Source of the DNA: Bacillota bacterium
GTDB taxonomy: Bacteria > Bacillota > Clostridia > Christensenellales > CAMQZB01
Reading direction: 5' to 3'
DNA length: 64,000 bases
NCBI GenBank assembly: GCA_044426045.1
Contig: JAWXUX010000006.1
Coordinates: 50,571 to 114,570, forward strand
The translations under genes were made by a program, and so were the position numbers. Below, piece by piece: positions 54,760 through 63,325 of this stretch (position 1 is the stretch's first letter; each line of letters starts with the position of its first letter). Below the pieces are notes generated by a model. The model saw only the letters and a list, made by a program, of their open reading frames with translations. It was not told where the DNA came from and made no database searches.

Positions 54760-56010
54760 TTATTGCCAGTTTGCAAGAAGATATCTCTCCGCCTCCACGC
54801 ACCAAAGTCCGTTATTCCTTTTAACGATTTCGTCTAGCACTGCAAATCTTTCGTCTGTTTTGCCGATTTCCGCAAAATCTTCAAGGTCTGTTAGTGGCAT
54901 ATTGATGTGGTTATAAATCATTTTTTTACCGCCTGGAATTTTTGGCAAGTTCAAGATTGTTTCAGCACAGCAGTCAATTCCGCCAATGTGGGTTACCATA
55001 ACCGCTGGGTTAACCTTGCCCGCTGCCGAAAGGTCAAGTGATTCAATCAAATCGTCTGTGTTTCCGCCCGTTGTTCCGATAAGGTGGCTTGCGTTGTAGT
55101 GAACGTTATAGAAATTCACTTTTGCTGAAAGCCCTGTGTCGGTTGGACCTGCAAAGAAGTTCAAACAACCGTCTCTGGCAAGAATTTGGTCGCCAAGCTC
55201 GATAAGTGGCACGACAGGAGCATAAACAAACACGTCGTCGAAGCCGTCTTTTGAATATCCCAAAAGGAATTCTTTCACATCTTCAACGCCTGAAGTGTTA
55301 ACAAATTCGATAGTCACGCCGTTTTGCTTGCCTTTTGCTTCGAACAAGTCTTTTGCACGAGCAAGTTTTTTCGCGTCGATATCAACAACGATCATATATG
55401 AAGGGCGAATATCGCCTGAAATTGCATAATCAATCGCACCAAGACCCATTGGACCTGCACCCGCAAGAATTGCAAGGTTTCCGCCTTTCTTGATACCCAT
55501 TTCATGAACATAACTGCCCATTTTTGTGTGGAAACTTGCGTGGAATGCGCCAACACTGCAAGAAAGTGGCTCAGCAAGTGATGCTTCAAAATAACCTTCA
55601 CCGCCATATTCAAAGAAACAACCAAGTTCCATAACTTCTTGTGGAATGATACAATATGTTGCATTGCCACCAAAATATTGATATGAATAACCAGGTGACC
55701 ACATTGTGCCCTTATAATTTAGTGCAGGTTGCAATGTGAATTTTGCACCAACGTGGAACTGACCGTCATATTTAGACCCAACTTTCACGATGTTGCCCGC
55801 CATTTCATGACCCATGATAACAGGCGCGTTTGCTACGTCATCTGGCACACGTTTGTGGTTTTCACCAAGAATCGCACATTTATATGTCGACATACAAACA
55901 CTGTCTGAAATAACTTCAACCAAGATTTCATCATCCTTGATTTCTGGAAGTTCAAATTCTTCAAGTCTCAAATCACTAGCTCCATAAAGTCTTACCGCTT
56001 TCGTTTTCAT
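54760..56010 (-). CDS. zinc-dependent (MDR-family) sugar/polyol(-phosphate) dehydrogenase, SorE-like size
   Basis: ..VISDSVCMSTYKC..GHEMAGNIVKVG.. (catalytic Zn ligands) and the GAGPMGLGAIDY Rossmann motif. 416 aa. Confidence 0.75.
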   Translation of the reverse strand: MKTKAVRLYGASDLRLEEFELPEIKDDEILVEVISDSVCMSTYKCAILGENHKRVPDDVANAPVIMGHEMAGNIVKVGSKYDGQFHVGAKFTLQPALNYKGTMWSPGYSYQYFGGNATYCIIPQEVMELGCFFEYGGEGYFEASLAEPLSCSVGAFHASFHTKMGSYVHEMGIKKGGNLAILAGAGPMGLGAIDYAISGDIRPSYMIVVDIDAKKLARAKDLFEAKGKQNGVTIEFVNTSGVEDVKEFLLGYSKDGFDDVFVYAPVVPLIELGDQILARDGCLNFFAGPTDTGLSAKVNFYNVHYNASHLIGTTGGNTDDLIESLDLSAAGKVNPAVMVTHIGGIDCCAETILNLPKIPGGKKMIYNHINMPLTDLEDFAEIGKTDERFAVLDEIVKRNNGLWCVEAERYLLANWQ

Positions 56011-56079
56011 ATTTTTACCTACCTTCTTTAAAATTTTTTTTATTATTTTTTTATTTTTCTGTTAGATTGTTTTTTGTTC

Positions 56080-56178
56080 GTGGGCTCTGCCCACACCCGC
56101 AAGGGTGTGACACCCTTGACCCCAATATTGGGGACAGTGGTTTTTAAGTTTTGTTTCTGGAAAAGGCTTCGCCTTTTC
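56080..56178 (-). promoter_or_regulatory. cluster of GC-rich, partly mutually exclusive hairpins in the leader of the dehydrogenase gene
   Basis: GTGGGC-TCT-GCCCAC (56080-94); CACCC-GCAA-GGGTG (56094-107); GGGTGT-G-ACACCC (56103-115); palindrome CCCCAATATTGGGG (56120-133); GAAAAGGC-TTC-GCCTTTTC (56160-178). Confidence 0.3.
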
Positions 56179-56249
56179 TTCTGTTTTATTTTTTGGTTTA
56201 TAGTTTCCTTTTGATAAAAGCTCTCGCTTTTTTAGTCTAGTTCATCACG

Positions 56250-56326
56250 TTATAATATATTGAATGCACGAGGCAACGCCGAGTGCTTTACCACACCTTT
56301 CACCTTTCACCTTTCACCTTTCACCT
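56250..56326. repeat. palindromic element, copy 6 (solo half: one arm plus heptamers only)
   Basis: ..ATATATTGAATGCACGAGGCAACGCCGAGTGCTTTACCACACC-(TTTCACC)x4. No partner arm lies to the left. Confidence 0.8.
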
Positions 56327-56343
56327 TAAAAAGCTCCGCGTTT

Positions 56344-56808
56344 CTAAACTTCCACATTTTCAAGCAACGTTTTCAAAATAAACTTCTTATCCTCGCTCAC
56401 AACCAATTTTCCAATCACATCATCTTCCATCATGATTGTTGCAACGCCTTGCAAAATTGGGATGTGGTCTTCGCCGGCGCCCGCAATACCGATGATAAGG
56501 TTTGCTTTTTCGCCGTCGAAATCAACGCCTTCAGGGAATTGGATAACAACTAGCCCCGTTTTTTTCACAAACTTTTTAAGCTCGCCAACGCCGTGAGGAA
56601 TTGCCACCCCTTCGCCGAGATATGTTGTCATGATTTTTTCACGCTCCACCATGCCTTCGATATAGTTTTCTTCAACGCAACCCTTTGCAACAAGCATTCT
56701 GCCCGCCATTCTGATTGCTTCAAATTTATCAACTGACTTTGCGCCAACCACGATATCATCAAGCGTGATGATTGCATTCACATCTTTTTTCTTTCCAAAT
56801 AGTCCCAT
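56344..56808 (-). CDS. mtlF: PTS mannitol-specific EIIA component
   Basis: ..TTYLGEGVAIPHGVGE..VVIQFPEGVDFDGEKANLIIGIAG.. is collinear with the IIA domain of E. coli MtlA. Confidence 0.85.
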   Translation of the reverse strand: MGLFGKKKDVNAIITLDDIVVGAKSVDKFEAIRMAGRMLVAKGCVEENYIEGMVEREKIMTTYLGEGVAIPHGVGELKKFVKKTGLVVIQFPEGVDFDGEKANLIIGIAGAGEDHIPILQGVATIMMEDDVIGKLVVSEDKKFILKTLLENVEV

Positions 56809-56852
56809 AATAGCCTCCGATTATTTCTGTTATTTCTTATTATCATTTATTA

Positions 56853-58859
56853 TCATTCTTTATAGTTATCAAAATAATAGTTATAAAGAATTTCTTTAAC
56901 TTTTTCTTTTATTTCATCTTCACTGCCAAACTTGATTGTGTTATAAAAATTATCATCAAGCACAAGTTGTTGACTGATTTCGCTGATGATTTTCACGCCT
57001 AGTTTTGAGGAATTTGGCACAAGCATAACAACCCCGCAAGAAACGCTTTCTTTTGGGCTTTCAAGGGTGATTTTCTTTTCAAATCTCACAACCCCGAAAC
57101 ACGCTTTTGAAACGCCAGAAGTTTTCGCATGAAGCAATATCATCTCGCCATCCGCCATAACGGTGCTTCCGATTTCCTCGCGAGAAGCAATGTCTTTTGC
57201 AATTTGCATTTTTGTTTCCACACTCTCGCCATAAAAGCTAGCAATTTTTTCTATCACCGCCGAAATTTCTTTTGCGTTGATTTTTTCAAACATCATGTCA
57301 GAAAGCACATCGGCAATCACGCCTTTTGTTTGCATTTTCTCCACTACGCTATCCGCCATGTCCGTTTCGATTTTGCCAACTTCACGCATAAAATCGCGTT
57401 TGGCAACCTTTGAAATCGCAACCTCGATGATATCTTTATCTTTTGGCAAAATGAATGGTGAAACCACCGCTTGTGGAATTTCCACATCAACTGCTATCGT
57501 TGAAATCACGATGTCTATGCCCAAATCTTCCGCAATGATTTTCTTGACTTCCGAAACAGAAGAAGTTTTCACAACTTCCATATTTGGATACGCCTTTTTG
57601 ACGTTGATTGCAAGAAGTTGGCTTTGCGCAAGCCCGCTTGGGCACACGATCACCGCACGCGTTTTGTGCGTTCTTTCGGTTTTGCCGTCAAGTGCGATAA
57701 CACACATGTGCATTGTGAGATATCCAAGCTCACCTTTCGTGAAGCTTATTCCAGCTTCCTTATTGATTTCCAAACTGCACTGTTCCACCATTTGATAGAT
57801 ATCGGGATATGCCGTTTGAATTTCTGGAAGTATTGGGTTCAAAATTTCTATGTTTTTTTCACTTCTTTTAACTGTTGTCACGAGGTGGCGAATCAGTGAA
57901 GTGAAAAACTCGTTTTGCGCGTCAACCAAAATGCCAAAACTGCTTTCGAGTTTTTTTGCAAGCTTATTTGCAATATAAATCGCAAGTTCGCTTTCCCCGT
58001 CCACACCTGTTATGCCTTGCGTTAAAGAAAGCACGTCGGCAAAGAAATGGATTTCGCCAATAGAATATGATATTTTGTATTTTTCGATGAGTTTTGAGAT
58101 GATTTCCGATGAAACTTCAAGTGCTTTTTCCGAAGTGTTCTCGCTTGAAAGGGAAATTCGATTCCCCCCTTCCACGCGTTTTTTCTGGATATAAAGGTGA
58201 AGTGCAAGCATGTCGCGCGTTCTGTCGCTTGTGAAAAAATGTTTTTCGCCGTTCTCGGCATCAAGGATTTCCGCAATCTCTTTGAGTGCTTCCCTTGAAA
58301 TAAACTGCTCGATTGTTTTTGATGGCACGTCAAGAAGGGAAAAACCTCTTGTTGCTTCTTCGATAATTTCAAAAATCGCCATTCTTCGCCTTTCTTCACT
58401 TGCCACAACATAAACGCCGAAGCCTTGCTTTCTGACAAGAGTGATTTCCTTTTTTTCCAAGATTTCCGCAACTTTTGAAAGGTCGCTTGAAACTGTGAGT
58501 TCGCTTGTGCCAAGCGTGCTTGCAAGAGTAAATCTTTTGAGTGGGTCGCCGGAAAAAAGCAATGTTAAAAGCAAAATCACGCTTCGCTTTTCCTGAGAGA
58601 AAACTGGGATTGTCTTTTTTTCAAGGATTGAATCAAGAAGTTCGATTGTCCCTTCTTCTTTCAAAATTTTCACGCCTTTTCCGCTCTTTTTTTCAAGTGG
58701 CACGCCGATTGTTTCGAAAAACATGCTGATTTCTTCAAGCTCACGTTTGATTGTTCGCGTGCTTAAACTGAGCATGTCTGCGACAGCCTCGGTTGTGATA
58801 TAATCCCCAGCGTTGAAGATTATTCGAATTATCTCGTGTTGGCGTGATGAAAGTTTCAT
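56853..58859 (-). CDS. mtlR: MtlR-type PRD-domain transcriptional regulator (HTH-Mga-PRD-PRD-EIIB-like-EIIA-like)
   Basis: The N-terminus MKLSSRQHEIIRIIFNAGDYITTEAVADMLSLSTRTIKRELEE has the HTH. Size and position between mtlA and mtlF fit. The C-terminus resembles EIIA(Mtl/Fru) (..ILLHAKTSGV..). Confidence 0.8.
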   Translation of the reverse strand: MKLSSRQHEIIRIIFNAGDYITTEAVADMLSLSTRTIKRELEEISMFFETIGVPLEKKSGKGVKILKEEGTIELLDSILEKKTIPVFSQEKRSVILLLTLLFSGDPLKRFTLASTLGTSELTVSSDLSKVAEILEKKEITLVRKQGFGVYVVASEERRRMAIFEIIEEATRGFSLLDVPSKTIEQFISREALKEIAEILDAENGEKHFFTSDRTRDMLALHLYIQKKRVEGGNRISLSSENTSEKALEVSSEIISKLIEKYKISYSIGEIHFFADVLSLTQGITGVDGESELAIYIANKLAKKLESSFGILVDAQNEFFTSLIRHLVTTVKRSEKNIEILNPILPEIQTAYPDIYQMVEQCSLEINKEAGISFTKGELGYLTMHMCVIALDGKTERTHKTRAVIVCPSGLAQSQLLAINVKKAYPNMEVVKTSSVSEVKKIIAEDLGIDIVISTIAVDVEIPQAVVSPFILPKDKDIIEVAISKVAKRDFMREVGKIETDMADSVVEKMQTKGVIADVLSDMMFEKINAKEISAVIEKIASFYGESVETKMQIAKDIASREEIGSTVMADGEMILLHAKTSGVSKACFGVVRFEKKITLESPKESVSCGVVMLVPNSSKLGVKIISEISQQLVLDDNFYNTIKFGSEDEIKEKVKEILYNYYFDNYKE

Positions 58860-58950
58860 TGTTACCACCTTTTGTGGTTTTGAAAGCCGACCTTTCGGCT
58901 TTCAAGACCTTTATTTAATTTTGTTTTTTATTTTGGAAATGCCCTTTATT

Positions 58951-60330
58951 TTAATCTTTGAATTTTTCAATAAGCGCATCGTATTCGCCTTTGCCCATAA
59001 AGTTTTTCACTGGGTAAATTTCCGCATTTGGAACACGAAGTTTTGCCCTTTCCACAAGTTCGTTTTGAGTCACGACGATTTCGGTATCTTCTGGGATTGC
59101 ATTGATTGCGTAGTGTGGGATTTTCGCTTCAATTCCGTTTGCCGCAAACAGTTTGCGAAGAGTTGTCGCGCCCATTGCACTTGAACCCATGCCCGCATCA
59201 CAAGCAAACACGATTTTCTTTTCGATTGTTTTTGTTGCCACAGTTTCTGCTTTTGCACCTTTAGCTGTAGCCTTATCAGAATGAACTCTTTCTTGTGCTT
59301 CTTCAAAAGTTTCGTCCCCGCCTTTAGTCCTCTTCACGAAAATTGAAGCGACAAGGAAAGAAACCACTGTTGAAACCGCCACGCCAAGAAGCATGAACAC
59401 GATATCAGAAGCTGGACAAAGTGCAAGAAGTGCCAAAATGCTTCCCGGAGCCGGAGTTGCAACAAGACCAACATCAAACACGCCGAATGTGAACACACCC
59501 GCAGCACCACCCGCGATAACCGCAAGAAGCATAGCTGGATTCATAAGAACGAATGGGAAATACATTTCGTGGATACCACCAAAGAAGTGGATAATCGCAG
59601 AACCTGATGCAGTTGATTTTGTTGAGCCTTTAGAAAATACTGCATAAGCAAGCAAAATTCCTAGCCCCGGTCCTGGGTTTGATTCGATAAGGAACATGAT
59701 TGATTTTCCAGTTTCCGCAGCTTGAGCCATTCCTATTGGACCCATTATACCATGGTTTATTGCATTATTCAAGAACAAAACTTTCGCTGGTTCAACAATA
59801 ATTGAAAGAAGTGGCAACAACCCTGCGTCATAAATGAAATCTGCACCCGCCATAAGTGCGTTTGAAATGACTGTTACAAACGGTCCCACCAAATAGAACC
59901 CAACAACCACAAGTCCAGCACCGATGATACCAATCGAGAAGTTATTAACAAGCATTTCAAAGCCCGCTTTGATTTTGCCTTCAACCGCTTTGTCGAATTG
60001 CTTGATTATCCACGCAGAAAGTGGTGCAAACATCATGACACCCAAAAACATTGGAATATCAGAACCAACAATAACACCGATTGAACCGATAGCGCCCATA
60101 ACAGCACCTCTGTCCCCTGCGACCATCTTACCCGCTGTGTAGCCCACAAGAAGTGGCAACAGATAATACAAAATCGGATCAACCAACGTTGCAAGTTGTT
60201 CATTTGGGAAGTACCCAGTTGAAATGAACAATGCTGTCAGAATACCCCATGCAAGGAATGCGCCGATGTTTGGCATAACCATTGCACTTAAAAATCGTCC
60301 TACTTTTTGGACATTAGCTTTGATTGACAT
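58951..60330 (-). CDS. mtlA: PTS mannitol transporter subunit IICB
   Basis: Collinear with E. coli MtlA (..VQKVGRFLSAMVMPNIGAFLAWGI.., ..EPAKVLFLNNAINHGI.., ..IESNPGPGLGILLAY.., IIB ..IVFACDAGMGSSAMGA..). Confidence 0.92.
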   Translation of the reverse strand: MSIKANVQKVGRFLSAMVMPNIGAFLAWGILTALFISTGYFPNEQLATLVDPILYYLLPLLVGYTAGKMVAGDRGAVMGAIGSIGVIVGSDIPMFLGVMMFAPLSAWIIKQFDKAVEGKIKAGFEMLVNNFSIGIIGAGLVVVGFYLVGPFVTVISNALMAGADFIYDAGLLPLLSIIVEPAKVLFLNNAINHGIMGPIGMAQAAETGKSIMFLIESNPGPGLGILLAYAVFSKGSTKSTASGSAIIHFFGGIHEMYFPFVLMNPAMLLAVIAGGAAGVFTFGVFDVGLVATPAPGSILALLALCPASDIVFMLLGVAVSTVVSFLVASIFVKRTKGGDETFEEAQERVHSDKATAKGAKAETVATKTIEKKIVFACDAGMGSSAMGATTLRKLFAANGIEAKIPHYAINAIPEDTEIVVTQNELVERAKLRVPNAEIYPVKNFMGKGEYDALIEKFKD

Positions 60331-60364
60331 AATTTATCCCCCTATTCGGATATTTTATCAATTT

Positions 60365-60396
60365 TGCAAAATCTTGACTGATTGTGCAAGATTTTG
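60365..60396. promoter_or_regulatory. 11-bp perfect inverted repeat in the mtlA leader/promoter region
   Basis: GCAAAATCTTG-N10-CAAGATTTTGC, 35-65 nt upstream of the mtlA start. Confidence 0.4.
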
Positions 60397-60468
60397 CGTA
60401 TCGATTTATTTCTTGACTAAAGTATAACACACCCCCAAGCGACTTTCAACCCCCAACTTAGCATAAAC

Positions 60469-60521
60469 GTGACATGCGACTTAGTGACACGGGTTTAGGA
60501 GCGGGGAGGGAGTTAGTGACA
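60469..60521 (-). promoter_or_regulatory. three TGTCAC-containing repeats; candidate MtlR binding sites
   Basis: Minus strand: ATGTCACTAA, GTGTCACTAA and ATGTCACG, at 60516-21, 60484-89 and 60469-74. They resemble the TGTCAC/GTGACA half-sites I recall for the Bacillus MtlR operator. Confidence 0.3.
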
Positions 60522-60583
60522 TGGGGAGGGGGTGTAGGTAAGTTTGGGAGAGGAGGGAGTTTTTGGGGGTAGGTAAGTTTTTA

Positions 60584-60786
60584 AGGTGAAAGGTGAAAGG
60601 TGAAAGGTGAAAGGTGTGGATTGCACTCGCTACCGCTCGTGCTTTCTATGTTTCAAAATAAAAAAGTCACAAACAACTTATGTCGTTTGTGACTTTTAAT
60701 AGTTTCCATATTTTAATTTGATATGCACGAAGCGGTACGCGTAGTGCCTACCACACCTTTCACCTTTCACCTTTCACCTTTCACCT
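60584..60786. repeat. palindromic heptamer-tipped element, copy 7 (type I centre, inverted)
   Basis: (AGGTGAA)x4-AGGTGTGGATTGCACTCGCTACCGCTCGTGCTTTCTATGTTTCAAAATAAAAAAGTCACAAACA..TGTTTGTGAC..ATATGCACGAAGCGGTACGCGTAGTGCCTACCACACC-(TTTCACC)x4. Confidence 0.9.
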
Positions 60787-60845
60787 TAAAAAAGCGTCAC
60801 CAAAAACAACGCTCCCTCAACACAAAAAGCGGGCATAAATCAACG

Positions 60846-61829
60846 TCACCCTAACCTCGTTCCACAGTTTCCACAAAACTTCATTCCTCCTGTTTTTGTG
60901 CCACATTCGGGGCAGAAGTTTGGGATTGCTCCGCTTGTTTGAGGTTCTGCTTGTGGTTGGGTTGGTGCTTGTGATGCTTGCGGTTGTTGCCCTGCGTTGT
61001 TCATTCCGCCGAACATGTTTTTGGCTACTTCCATACCCATCATCATGCCCGCCATATCGGAAGCGGCACTTCCACTGCCACCTTTGCCCATACCGTCAGC
61101 CATGGCGATAGTTGCGTATTTATTCACGTCGCCGACCATGCTTTGTGATGCGGCTTTTGAAATCATGTTTTGGACTTCCGCAGGATAGTTGAAACTCAAA
61201 ACATTGAAAGTTGTGACAGAAAGCCCGTCAGAAACAAGCTGATAATCCAAATCTTCCTTGATACCTTTTGAAATTTCAAATGCATTAGCCTGCAAATTGA
61301 ACATATCCTTGCCTTCTTTTGCAATCCATTTCATAAGAAGCGGATTCAAAAAAGAGTCAATTCTTGCTTTAACGTCGGAAACGCTGTATTCTTTTTTAAC
61401 CCCCGCGAGTTTATCGATAAGTGTCACATAATCATCCACTTTGAAATGAAGTGTGCCATTTGACCTTATTGGAAGCCCACCTGGCAAACTTGCGTTTGGA
61501 ATGTTCACTGGTGATTTTGTTCCCCAGTTCACAAGGAGTTCTTTTGTGTTGACAAACAGCACTTCCGCCATCATTCCGCTTTTGAAGCCGAACTTGAAGC
61601 CTTTCAGCGTTGAAAGAAACGGGATGATTTGTGATTCAATATCGTATTCCCCCTCGTCGGTGAAAATACCTTCTATTCTGCCGTTGAAAAGAAAGATTGC
61701 GTCTTGTCCTGGGCGGATAATAAGTTTACTGCCCTTTTTTATTTCATTGTTGCCCCATTTCCAGAAAATCATGTCTTCACGCCATTCTTCCCATTGGATA
61801 ACATTTGCAAACTGTTTAAATAGTGCCAT
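60846..61829 (-). CDS. SPFH-domain protein with a C-terminal zinc ribbon (YdjI-like)
   Basis: 327 aa. C-terminus ..NFCPECGTKTGGMKFCGNCGTRLG. It is the last gene of a pspA-linked operon, as in B. subtilis pspA-ydjGHI. Confidence 0.7.
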   Translation of the reverse strand: MALFKQFANVIQWEEWREDMIFWKWGNNEIKKGSKLIIRPGQDAIFLFNGRIEGIFTDEGEYDIESQIIPFLSTLKGFKFGFKSGMMAEVLFVNTKELLVNWGTKSPVNIPNASLPGGLPIRSNGTLHFKVDDYVTLIDKLAGVKKEYSVSDVKARIDSFLNPLLMKWIAKEGKDMFNLQANAFEISKGIKEDLDYQLVSDGLSVTTFNVLSFNYPAEVQNMISKAASQSMVGDVNKYATIAMADGMGKGGSGSAASDMAGMMMGMEVAKNMFGGMNNAGQQPQASQAPTQPQAEPQTSGAIPNFCPECGTKTGGMKFCGNCGTRLG

Positions 61830-61872
61830 ATATTTTCTCCTTTATTTTGGGTTGTTCACCCCGAGGTGCGTT

Positions 61873-62250
61873 TTATCTGCCACCTCTGCCACCGCCGCCG
61901 CGACCTCCGCCGCCACCGCCACGATGACCTCCGCCACCACGATGACCACCGCCACCGCCGCCAAAACCACCGCCGTGACCACCGCCACCGCCGTTGTTTT
62001 GTTTTATTCTTGTTCGCACTTCCGTTTGATGGGTGAACCTGTCGCGAGAAGCGAGAATTGAACCACCCATTGGCGCGTATGTTCTAAAGTCTGTTGTCTT
62101 TTTACCGCCTGCCCATCTCACAAGCAGAAAAACAACCAAAAGCCCCACAATCACAGGGATTGCGAGCATGAAAACATACATTGACGCAGGAAGTGACAAA
62201 AGTTTTTCCATAACTGTCATATCGTTATAGCTAACGTTATAATTATTCAT
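61873..62250 (-). CDS. small membrane protein with a Gly/His/Arg-rich tail (YdjH-position)
   Basis: One TM segment (MYVFMLAIPVIVGLLVVFLLV). The C-terminus is GGGGGHGGGFGGGGGGHRGGGGHRGGGGGGRGGGGRGGR. Confidence 0.5.
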   Translation of the reverse strand: MNNYNVSYNDMTVMEKLLSLPASMYVFMLAIPVIVGLLVVFLLVRWAGGKKTTDFRTYAPMGGSILASRDRFTHQTEVRTRIKQNNGGGGGHGGGFGGGGGGHRGGGGHRGGGGGGRGGGGRGGR

Positions 62251-62260
62251 ACAACCCTCC

Positions 62261-63325
62261 CTATATCATCAAAAGCGTGCAAAGCACTGTGAGCGCGAGC
62301 GTTCCAAAGAATGCTCCCGTGAAAAATCCCGCACATTTAGCTTTTGATATTGGCGGTTTTCCGACAATTTTACCCGTTTGTCCGTTCATCATGAAAGAAT
62401 ATGTTTCGCCGTTGTGTTCATAGTTGAGAACATAAACTGGCAACAGCGTATATTTTGCATCACGCTGTTTCGCTTCATAATGCTCGTTTGCGATAACGCA
62501 AGTTGTGTAGCCACGTATTGTTGTTTTCACAAAATCGCGAACGTATGACGCCACCCTTTCAGTCACCCTTGGAATGAGCGCTTTATCGTCATATGTATAT
62601 TTTTCAGCTGAAAATCCCGCAAGATAGCCCATGTTGAATTTCGATAGATCGGAATAATCAAACGGTTCAAGCATATCCATATATTCATCGTTCATTTTTT
62701 CCGAAGCGTCGACTGGGATTTTAAAATAATCCACCGCAACTTTTCTTTGAACGTCGAAATGCCTTGTTGTTGTCACGCGATATTCACCTTGCACCCTTGA
62801 AGAAACGCGAGTACATTTGGCAAAAACATCACCCCTACCGTTGATATCATAAAGCCAAAACGGCACATAAACACCTTGAATATCTTTGAGCCTGTCATTT
62901 TTTATGAATGAAGTTGGGATAACTTTGCGTTTTTTTGCCCACTCGGTGAATTTTGTTCTCGCCTCATCAGCGTTTATTTTGAATGGTATTGCATATGCTG
63001 GCGCAAGATTATCCGAAAGCCTTTCAGATAAAAACACGGGCGAATCGCAATAACTGCACATTGTCGCAGATGTGTATTTATCAGTTATCAGCACCGCACC
63101 GCAGTTTTGACAGTGAAATTCCACAGCTTCACCTTCGGAAAAAGACCCCGCCGTTGATTTTTCATGCACTGTTTCAAATTCCGCCGAAACGTCGCTGTCC
63201 ATCGCTTCCATTTCGCATGAATAACCGCAACTGTCGCACACAAGTTTGCCCGCATCTGGGTCAAACATCAGCGAGTTGCCACAGTTTGCACATTTGAAGC
63301 TTGTTGTTAGATTGGAACTAGCCAT
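62261..63325 (-). CDS. zinc-ribbon protein with a C-terminal TM anchor (YdjG-like)
   Basis: FKCANCGNSL..LVCDSCGYS and FHCQNCGAVL..CSYCDS zinc ribbons. C-terminal TM FFTGAFFGTLALTVLCTLLMI. Confidence 0.6.
   Translation of the reverse strand: MASSNLTTSFKCANCGNSLMFDPDAGKLVCDSCGYSCEMEAMDSDVSAEFETVHEKSTAGSFSEGEAVEFHCQNCGAVLITDKYTSATMCSYCDSPVFLSERLSDNLAPAYAIPFKINADEARTKFTEWAKKRKVIPTSFIKNDRLKDIQGVYVPFWLYDINGRGDVFAKCTRVSSRVQGEYRVTTTRHFDVQRKVAVDYFKIPVDASEKMNDEYMDMLEPFDYSDLSKFNMGYLAGFSAEKYTYDDKALIPRVTERVASYVRDFVKTTIRGYTTCVIANEHYEAKQRDAKYTLLPVYVLNYEHNGETYSFMMNGQTGKIVGKPPISKAKCAGFFTGAFFGTLALTVLCTLLMI

Noticed and set aside
45542-56553. ORF-track entries running through the palindromic elements: 45542-45811, 45734-45955, 46676-46867, 49272-49535, 50401-50796, 54175-54420, 54458-54805 and 56260-56553, several containing HLSPFTFHLSPF
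   Set aside because: Most of the peptide similarity is just translation of the repeat (TTTCACC)n and its arms. These ORFs have no RBS and overlap real genes or intergenic repeats. 54458-54805 lies just outside the element and overlaps the real dehydrogenase gene's 3' end.
45630-60786. Heptamer arrays (GGTGAAA)n / (GGTAATA)n considered as a possible CRISPR array
   Set aside because: The units are only 7 bp long and directly abut one another with no spacers. They occur as inverted pairs flanking a palindromic element, and no cas genes are nearby.
45607-60845. Reading the unidirectional genes separated by palindromic repeats as an integron-like cassette array
   Set aside because: There is no IntI-type integrase and no attC R'/R'' core (GTTRRRY). 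The 'cassettes' include whole operons with their own regulators (mtlARF, the ABC pair). One element also lies between convergent genes.
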